64,000 bases of DNA from an uncultured bacterium (GTDB lineage Bacteria > Acidobacteriota > Aminicenantia > UBA2199). How positions within the stretch are numbered: position 1 is the first letter of the stretch; each line of letters begins with the position of its first letter. The DNA is taken from the NCBI GenBank assembly GCA_965603365.1, contig CBFDCR010000023.1:54-64053 (forward strand), written 5' to 3'. The notes under the pieces were generated by a model, which made no database searches, was not told where the DNA came from, and worked only from the letters and a program-made list of their open reading frames with translations. This document shows positions 10,250 through 17,169 of the stretch, in pieces. The position numbers and the translations under genes are program-made.

Positions 10250-12577
10250 ATGGCTAAACAGAAACAAGCGAAAAAGATTTTAACGCAAGAAACAATTTCA
10301 AGTCTCTCATGTAAACCGAATTGGAACTCTGAATGCCATTACGCCTCAATGTTCGATAAATGGAAAAAACAAATAAGCCTGGGAAAACTATCCATCGACA
10401 TACCAGTATCAGACAACCTATTGTACCTCCCCCATGACAGCGAAGGAAAATGCCTGTTTCACAGCGAAAATGTTAAATGGAAAGAAAAGAATAATTTTTT
10501 GCAGCGCCTAAAACTACTGATCCGTTTGTTGAATACCGACCCGGATATTGACTATATCAGTCTGGATAATGTTGTCTTCATCGGGGATACATCCACCGGA
10601 ACCCCAAAAACTATTACCGAATATAACAAAGATGGAACGCTGAAAAAGAAATATACCCGCAAAAATCGTAACATCGACTTAAGAAAACAGGTATTTAGCA
10701 AGGCCATCTCCGCACTTGATGCAATCTTTCTGGATCACGTCGACTTTAGCGGCTCTAACTTTAAAGATCGCGTTACGTTTTCCAATATCACTTTTGAATT
10801 TGGGGTTACCTTCTACAATGCTGCTTTTAAAGAGAGTGTCTTCTTCGATAACTCTACATTCGAATACATCGCAGACTTCAAAAAAACGGAATTCGGGTTT
10901 TGCAACGAATTCGAACCTTCCACATCCTTTTGCAAGGTAACGTTTAATTGTGAACCTTCCTTTAATGATGCCATCTTTAACGGTTCCTGTTCTTTCAGGG
11001 ATGCACAATTTAAGCCATATCGCCCTCAGCCGGGTGATACGGAATTCCAGGGGACTATATTTAAAAAAAATGTCGATTTTCGGAACACTGTCTTTAATTG
11101 CGGCGCAGATTTTCAAGACGCTGTGTTTGAGGAAGATTGCGATTTTATCGATACCAGGTTCTATAATAAAAGGTATCTGCTATTTAACGATATCCAGGTT
11201 TACGGCAACCTGGTGTTTAAAGGAAATTCAAAAAATAAACTTTTTAAACACACTGTTTTAATGGATATCAACCCAGGGAAGATTTCCGGGAAAATTAGCT
11301 TTGAAGACGCCAACCTTTCTTATATGGTATCCGAACATCTCCATCATCTTGAGAAGTTAAGTAGGGAAAAAGAAAGGAAAGTGCTCATCGGTCCGGGATG
11401 CTTGAAATACCGCCACACCACATCCCCCAAGGTCATTCACCTGGATAAACGGCATCATAACCTTGTGATGGAAATTACCAGTACATTTACCAATTACTTT
11501 GAAGTCTACAATGGTTTCAACATCGGTGTGGAAATCGTTGAAAAAAGCGATACCATGATAAGGCTTATTTACTTCTCGGACGAAAATATCGATGAAGAGA
11601 CCTGGTACAAACGGATGCAAAAAACCGAAACCGCCATATGGGATTTACTCTACCGGTCACCTTCACAGCAGTCAGACTCGGGGAAAAGCATTGGTTGGGA
11701 AAATTCCATTACGAATATTTCTGCCCCGGCAAATTTATTTAATGTTTTGGATGTAAATATTAATCTCCTGGGTATTTTCCTTAAAATCGGTATCCGGATC
11801 AAAGGCGGAATGTTTAAAAATAAAAAAAATGTCGAAGCCCTTTTCGATTGTATTAATTTCACAGGTATTCCCCGTTTTAAAGCCGATGATTTACCCATGA
11901 TTATTCAAAACAATTTCATCGACCTCCAGCAAAAGATCACAGGTTCGGGGAATACCCAGGAAATAAATATATACAAACAATTAGAAAAAACGACACCGTC
12001 ATCGAGTCCCCAGGGGAAAAAAAGAATTCTCCTCCTTTCAGCTAACCCAGCCAGAAATTCAACTCGACTGCGTTTGGATGAGGAGATGCGCGAAATAGAG
12101 GAATCTTTGAAACGGTCAAAAAGGCGAGAGAAATTTGAAATTAAAACGGTATTAGCGGTACGTTTTTTGGACCTTCGTCGTGCATTGTTGGAATATGAAC
12201 CGCAAATCGTTCATTTTGCCGGTCATGGAACTCAAAAGGGACTTATGGTGATGGATGAGATTGGATTTCCCACCACTATTTCCTCGGAAGCTCTTTCCCA
12301 ATTATTTCAACTTTTTTCAAACCAGGTAGAATGTGTTATTCTGAGTGCCTGTTATTCGGTAGAGCAAGCGACTGCCATCAGCAAACATATTCCATATGTT
12401 GTTTGCATGCAAAAAAATATCCTGGATAAAGCGGCAATTGAATTCGCCATTGGGTTTTATGATACGCTGGGTGTCGGTAGGTCATTTGAAGAAGCATTTC
12501 AATTGGGACGTCAAGCTATCCTGCAAAAATTCCCGGATCAAGCTATCCATTTAGTGCCCCTTTTGGAAAAAAAATAA
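10250..12577 (+). CDS. Pentapeptide-repeat protein with C-terminal CHAT (caspase HetF-type) protease domain, intact His/Cys
   Basis: Fxxxx repeats (VDFSGSNF, VTFYNAAF, ADFQDAVF); C-terminal ILLLSANP...LRLDEE...IVHFAGHG...VILSACYS. Confidence 0.85.
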   Translation: MAKQKQAKKILTQETISSLSCKPNWNSECHYASMFDKWKKQISLGKLSIDIPVSDNLLYLPHDSEGKCLFHSENVKWKEKNNFLQRLKLLIRLLNTDPDIDYISLDNVVFIGDTSTGTPKTITEYNKDGTLKKKYTRKNRNIDLRKQVFSKAISALDAIFLDHVDFSGSNFKDRVTFSNITFEFGVTFYNAAFKESVFFDNSTFEYIADFKKTEFGFCNEFEPSTSFCKVTFNCEPSFNDAIFNGSCSFRDAQFKPYRPQPGDTEFQGTIFKKNVDFRNTVFNCGADFQDAVFEEDCDFIDTRFYNKRYLLFNDIQVYGNLVFKGNSKNKLFKHTVLMDINPGKISGKISFEDANLSYMVSEHLHHLEKLSREKERKVLIGPGCLKYRHTTSPKVIHLDKRHHNLVMEITSTFTNYFEVYNGFNIGVEIVEKSDTMIRLIYFSDENIDEETWYKRMQKTETAIWDLLYRSPSQQSDSGKSIGWENSITNISAPANLFNVLDVNINLLGIFLKIGIRIKGGMFKNKKNVEALFDCINFTGIPRFKADDLPMIIQNNFIDLQQKITGSGNTQEINIYKQLEKTTPSSSPQGKKRILLLSANPARNSTRLRLDEEMREIEESLKRSKRREKFEIKTVLAVRFLDLRRALLEYEPQIVHFAGHGTQKGLMVMDEIGFPTTISSEALSQLFQLFSNQVECVILSACYSVEQATAISKHIPYVVCMQKNILDKAAIEFAIGFYDTLGVGRSFEEAFQLGRQAILQKFPDQAIHLVPLLEKK

Positions 12578-12651
12578 TTGGATGTAAGGTTAGATAAATT
12601 AGTAGAAGAATACGAACGATAAAGGTTATATTTTTTATTTTACACCTTCCA

Positions 12652-12680
12652 TGAAACTCTGCACGGTGCAAGAATTCATT
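12652..12680. repeat. 29-bp imperfect palindrome, copy 1 of a direct repeat
   Basis: tgaaactctgcacggtgcaagaattcatt, identical to 14205-14233; core tgcac-g-gtgca. Confidence 0.9.
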
Positions 12681-12778
12681 ACTTTGTTTCGCATCTGTGG
12701 TTGACTCATTTTTCGGGAATCTGCCTCGGGGTGGGTAATGGGGCTTTCAATATGGCGTGTAGTAACGCCGAAATGGGG

Positions 12779-12901
12779 CATTGTACCGGCAAGATGTCAT
12801 CCGGACCGGAAATATATCGCATTGTAACGGCAAGATGTCGTGGGGACCGGAAATATATCGTATTGTACCGGTGATCTGTCATATTGTACCGGCAAAATGT
12901 C
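12779..12901. repeat. Degenerate tandem repeat with ~41-bp and ~21-bp units
   Basis: attgta(c/a)cggcaagatgtc...ggaccggaaatatatcg twice, plus two more attgtaccgg units. Confidence 0.8.
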
Positions 12902-13032
12902 GGGGGAATTTTGCCTGGTATGAAAATACATTGTCAAAAAAATTTTCATATTCTCCGGGTGACGCCTCGCGTCATGAGGGGGTGTACCATTTGAGTTCAA
13001 TCGCGGTCGGTGGTTGAATTTAAGGGCTGACT

Positions 13033-13213
13033 TTTTGAGGTCGTGAGGTGAAATGTTCAGGTCTCGAGATCAATCGTTGAGGTCTCGAGCTCAAACTTTC
13101 AGGTCGTGAGCTCAATTGTTGAGGTCGTGATCTCAAACTTTCAGGTCGCGAGCTCAGTCGTTGAGGTCGTGAGGTCAATTGTTGAGGTCGCGAGCTCAAT
13201 TATTGAGGTCGCG
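13033..13213. repeat. 21-bp periodic tandem array
   Basis: About 8-9 degenerate units of (g/c)aggtcg(t/c)gagctcaa(tt/ac)(g/t)tt. Confidence 0.85.
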
Positions 13214-13483
13214 GGTGCACATTTCCAGACTGTCCCGTATTTTTTACTAAATGTCGGAAAATTTTTTGTCCCCTTTCGTTGCCCTGAAAGTGTGTCTAAA
13301 GCACAAAAAAGCGAAGAAAAGCTAAAAGCCGATTCTCAGGTAACTTTGGTCCCTTCTTTTTGCATTTCAGTGCAACGATCCAGCCATTCTTTTGCCATCC
13401 GGGTATCAAGGTGTTGCTCTCCGAGGAATCGATTAAAAATGTCATAGGCTTGTTTGAAAGAGGAGCGGTCCATAGCGGGAACC

Positions 13484-13912
13484 CTACTCAGTGATCTCAC
13501 TCAATAAATCTTCGAGTAAGAGAATATGGGTAAAACCTTTGGCCCTTAAGCCTCTATATAATTTTTTGTCGTTGGTAATAAGGGGGATTTCCATTTCGAT
13601 TGCCAGGGCTACATAGGGGGTATCCTTTTCATCAATGTCTCTACAAAGTTCAACTGCCCTTTGTTTTGCCTGATCGTTCATAAGGATTGACGGCAGTATT
13701 GTAACGCCTTTAAAAAGTTCTATAACAAATTGATCTAGATCTTTCTTTGTTAGCCTGGTTTTAAGTAAAAGTAGTTCCTCATACTTTTCAATTTCCGTTA
13801 AAACAAAACTGGGCGCATAGAGGTCAAAATTCTTTGTAATGTCAATGTAAATTCTTTTGTTACTGATGATCCCGGCAAATAAAATATTGGCATCTATTAC
13901 ATACTTTCTCAA
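13484..13912 (-). CDS. PIN-domain (VapC-like) toxin
   Basis: YVIDANILF, DEKDTPYVALA, LITNDKKL acidic PIN motifs. Confidence 0.85.
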   Translation of the reverse strand: MRKYVIDANILFAGIISNKRIYIDITKNFDLYAPSFVLTEIEKYEELLLLKTRLTKKDLDQFVIELFKGVTILPSILMNDQAKQRAVELCRDIDEKDTPYVALAIEMEIPLITNDKKLYRGLRAKGFTHILLLEDLLSEITE

Positions 13913-14130
13913 TGGAGAAAATCCTTTTTTGACTCTTGCCAGGCTTGTTCTCTGATCCTTTCCAGTTCTTTTTCATAATCCATCCCGGAGGCTTTAATCT
14001 GGGCTTCGATTTTATCCATCAGTCGATGTAATCTCAAATAATCCAATTGTTGGTTAAAAAATTTCTTGATGTATAATTCACCATAATCCTTTACAATGTC
14101 GTCTTTGACTTCAAACCTGATTTCCGTCAT
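13909..14130 (-). CDS. Putative antitoxin of the PIN toxin
   Basis: Small ORF overlapping the toxin start by 4 nt; GAGG before ATG 14130; C-terminal IREQAW motif. Confidence 0.7.
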   Translation of the reverse strand: MTEIRFEVKDDIVKDYGELYIKKFFNQQLDYLRLHRLMDKIEAQIKASGMDYEKELERIREQAWQESKKDFLH

Positions 14131-14204
14131 TTTTACCTCAACATTAAAAGTAGCATAAAACCGCTTACTCGTCAACAACCACTAAAAAATCATGTGTGAA
14201 ACTC

Positions 14205-14233
14205 TGAAACTCTGCACGGTGCAAGAATTCATT
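14205..14233. repeat. 29-bp imperfect palindrome, copy 2
   Basis: Identical to 12652-12680; preceded by a partial tgaaactc duplication. Confidence 0.9.
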
Positions 14234-14378
14234 TGGAACAGTTGAAGGGGATTTGTGGGACAATCCCGGTAGTTTTGTCGATTTGGTCAAACAGTGGACA
14301 ATCGTAGAAGAAAAATGGGACTAACTCAGGCAGCAACTGAGAGAAATTTATATTAATCTAATAGCGTAGGAGGACACA

Positions 14379-14693
14379 ATGATTAAAAGAATAAATGTTA
14401 ACATTAAGAGTCGGTTGAAGAAAGGGCAAGAGCTGCGGGTGGTCAAGCAGGTTCCGGTAAAATGGCAGGGAGAACGTATCCCTTTGAACAACAGGGATGA
14501 GATATTGTTCATTTATCTTCCCGAGGGCGTTATGTGTGGTTTGCTGGTGCAAACCATTCAGGATGTGTCTCTCGGTTACAATTCTTCCGATCACTGCTGG
14601 GTGGTCTCCATCCGCCAGTCAAAGGGGAAGAGTGTTCCCAGCCCGGGGGACGTCAACCTCACCATCATTCCTCCGGAAGATGATGATTTGTAA
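14379..14693 (+). CDS. Small hypothetical protein with acidic C-terminal tail, first gene of the trypsin operon
   Basis: Strong SD (aggagg) before ATG; ends VNLTIIPPEDDDL; 25 bp upstream of the trypsin gene. Confidence 0.7.
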   Translation: MIKRINVNIKSRLKKGQELRVVKQVPVKWQGERIPLNNRDEILFIYLPEGVMCGLLVQTIQDVSLGYNSSDHCWVVSIRQSKGKSVPSPGDVNLTIIPPEDDDL

Positions 14694-14718
14694 TTAATCT
14701 AAGAAGGGCAGGGACAAC

Positions 14719-15807
14719 ATGGGCGGATACGAGATCTCATCATACAGGAAAAGCCTCGGGGAACTGGAGCGGAAGTTGTTAGACCATTATTATGATGCCC
14801 TGAGAACCCCGGGCCAACGGCATGAGATTTCCCGGCGGGTTGGAGAGCTTCTCCCACCCGCCGCTGCCCTGCCTTTTCGCCATCCCTCCCTCACCCACTA
14901 CACGCTGGAGGAAGTGAAACAAAAATACCTTTTAGAGCTTGAAAAAAACCTGGAAGAGGCAACCCGCGGCATCTGGTACGCAGACGACCGGTGCGATTAC
15001 TATGAAATAGAAGATGAACAAACCAGGTTAAACGCCTTATCCGTGACCCTGGTCTGCATGAAGGAGGGCCTGGTTGATAAGGGCAGTGGCTTTCATGAGC
15101 TGAAAGTCACTTCTTATAGTAAAATGTACAGCCTTAGCCGGCAGGAAAAATTCTATAGTCAACCGGTGATTTCGGGCCCCTGCTCTTCGGGGGTATTGGT
15201 GGCAGAGGACATTGTGCTTCTGGCCGGCCACTTTCTTAATTTTCGGAGGAGTGTCAAAGAGCTCCGCTTTGTCTTTGGATATGTAATGATCGATCCGGTC
15301 ACGGCGCTGACAACCATTCCCAATGAAAAAATTTACAGCGGTGTAGAGATTATCCAGAAGAGGTGTGATATTTGTGGGCCTTCCCCGTCAGGGTCGGATT
15401 GGGCCCTGGTAAGATTGGACCGCCCGGCCCCGGACCAGGAGATTGCAGTGCTGTCAACAAAGCCTGTCTACTATGAACAGCCCCTATATCACCTGGGATT
15501 TCCCTGCGGTCTGCCCTTGAAACAGGCGGCCGGGCTCATGGTATCGGCTGTTCAAAAGGCCTATTTTAAGGCCGAAATGAGCGGCTTCGATGGCAGCAGC
15601 GGCTCTCCGGTCTTTGACTGCGAGACCCATCAGTTAGTGGGAATTATAACGGGGGGAGACGTCCAGGATTTTAAGGGGACCAGGGGAGGCAACATCTCTG
15701 TTGTTTATCCCAATGATGAGGTGGAGTCGGAGGGGGTACTTTGTACTAAGGTGAGTGAATTCAGGGCATTCCTGGAGGGGGAAGAGCAACCGGGGATAGG
15801 ACTGTGA
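14719..15807 (+). CDS. Trypsin-like serine protease with intact triad, no signal peptide
   Basis: LAGH (His), SDWALVRLD (Asp), GSSGSP (Ser); paralogous to the protease domain of 1-1443. Confidence 0.88.
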   Translation: MGGYEISSYRKSLGELERKLLDHYYDALRTPGQRHEISRRVGELLPPAAALPFRHPSLTHYTLEEVKQKYLLELEKNLEEATRGIWYADDRCDYYEIEDEQTRLNALSVTLVCMKEGLVDKGSGFHELKVTSYSKMYSLSRQEKFYSQPVISGPCSSGVLVAEDIVLLAGHFLNFRRSVKELRFVFGYVMIDPVTALTTIPNEKIYSGVEIIQKRCDICGPSPSGSDWALVRLDRPAPDQEIAVLSTKPVYYEQPLYHLGFPCGLPLKQAAGLMVSAVQKAYFKAEMSGFDGSSGSPVFDCETHQLVGIITGGDVQDFKGTRGGNISVVYPNDEVESEGVLCTKVSEFRAFLEGEEQPGIGL

Positions 15808-16397
15808 TGGACAGGCTGGAAGAGATTCAAAGGGTGATATTTTTGCTGGGGTGGTGGTTGGCCCGTATTAAGTTGAACAACTGCATCGACTGGTTCGACA
15901 TCAACAGGGTTGCCGAAGACCTGGCTGCCGTGCTGTTGAACGAGATTTACGGCTATAGGTTAATAAACCTGAACCGTCGAGAGCCACATCATACAGGCAT
16001 CGACCTGGGAGATAAACACAGCGGCATCGCCTTCCAGGTTACCGCTTCTACCGATGCCGCAAAAATCAAGAAAAACCTTAGGGCCTTTTACAACGAGCAC
16101 AAAGAGAGCTATCCCCGGGGCATGCGCTTTTTTATACTCAGCCTGGAGGAGTCGAAAATAAAGGCATTAAAAAGACGCAAAAGTTTCAAATACATTGATC
16201 CCGACTTCATGGCCCGAAAGCACATTATCTCTGCGAAAGATATAATACGTAAGATCGAGCGATTGTATGGAGAGAGGAGGCAGAGCTTCAATAAGGTCAA
16301 ACAAATACTGGAAGAAGAAATCGGCCGGAAAGCCATGAAAATCGAGGAGCCTCTGTCCTTTGAAATCCAAAACGGGAAAAGTACGTATAATCTCTAA
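15804..16397 (+). CDS. SMEK-domain protein (restriction-endonuclease-like fold)
   Basis: DINRVAEDL...LLNEIYGYRLINLN...GIDLGD...AFQVT...KIKK matches the SMEK pattern as I recall it; overlaps the trypsin stop. Confidence 0.75.
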   Translation: MMDRLEEIQRVIFLLGWWLARIKLNNCIDWFDINRVAEDLAAVLLNEIYGYRLINLNRREPHHTGIDLGDKHSGIAFQVTASTDAAKIKKNLRAFYNEHKESYPRGMRFFILSLEESKIKALKRRKSFKYIDPDFMARKHIISAKDIIRKIERLYGERRQSFNKVKQILEEEIGRKAMKIEEPLSFEIQNGKSTYNL

Positions 16398-16519
16398 ATT
16401 ACCCGGTAAATGAGTCTGTATTCTTTCACAAAGACTTCACGGATTTCAGGATCATTTGTTCCCGGGCCATTTCTGCCCCTCATAGAAAACACATTAGTCC
16501 AGATTACTTTCTTATCCAT
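16394..16519 (-). pseudogene. Internally deleted RelE/ParE-family toxin remnant
   Basis: Manual translation MDKKVIWTNV|FSMRGRNGPGTNDPEIREVFVKEYRLIYRVI: start and RELFVxxYRLIY parts present, middle and C-terminus missing. Confidence 0.7.
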
Positions 16520-16671
16520 CGAGACAATTTTTCTTCCATCTGTTCCTGGGTGTATACGTTGCCTTTTTTGGCATCCAGAAGTCCCCGCTCGATTTTTTGC
16601 ATTACGTATAGATGATATTGGATATCTTCGAGGCTGCAGTCATCGGGTAAGCGGTTTAACAGTTGCACCAC
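16504..16671 (-). pseudogene. Antitoxin of a RelE/ParE pair, N-terminally clipped
   Basis: Manual translation VVQLLNRLPDDCSLEDIQYHLYVMQKIERGLLDAKKGNVYTQEQMEEKLSRWIRK; in-frame TAG immediately upstream. Confidence 0.7.
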
Positions 16672-17053
16672 CTACGGAAACTCCCTCTTTCATAATCGTC
16701 TTATAAATTGGCGACTCCGACATTGAGGGCTCCCGTTTCTTTCTTTTTCAACACCATGATTTTCCTATTTTATCACATCAACACTCTTTCGTGAAGCGGA
16801 TCAAGACAAAAAACAAAATGTTCGGCTTTCAATTGGGAAGGCAGGGGCGGGTTCCCCCACCCCTGTCGGTGAAACTATTGACATAAGGGAATGGTATTTT
16901 AACTGCATATTTGGTTTATGCGTCTTATACCGGGCAACATCGCTGCCAGGATAAAAACCCTCCCCCCTTAATATCCTGCCTCCGGCTGGGTTTAAACCGC
17001 AAACCACGGGGATGCCGCTCTAACCCGGGTTTTCTCAGATGCTATTTATGATA

Positions 17054-17069
17054 AGCAAAAGAAGTACCA
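17054..17069 (-). promoter_or_regulatory. sigma54 (-24/-12) promoter
   Basis: TGGTACttcttTTGCT with correct GG-N10-GC spacing on the minus strand. Confidence 0.7.
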
Positions 17070-17121
17070 GCCCTCTGGGATCATGGTAAAGCGTAACAGA
17101 TGGGGTCTTACTGTGGCGTTT

Positions 17122-17169
17122 GTCTAAATATTTAGACGAAGGCAGGGAAAGTAGTCTAAAGATTTAGAC
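17122..17169. promoter_or_regulatory. Pair of palindromic enhancer sites GTCTAAA-N2-TTTAGAC
   Basis: gtctaaatatttagac (17122-17137) and gtctaaagatttagac (17154-17169), 32 bp apart, about 85-120 bp upstream of the predicted sigma54 start. Confidence 0.75.

Noticed and set aside
12779-13213. CRISPR array or iteron origin
   Set aside because: No constant repeat with variable spacers, and no cas or rep gene in the window.
13106-13447. 113-aa ORF with SSIVEVV repeats
   Set aside because: Openness is explained by the 21-bp array; no SD and no recognisable domain.
12652-14233. Integron gene cassette
   Set aside because: The flanking palindromes lack RYYYAAC/GTTRRRY core sites and no integrase is visible.
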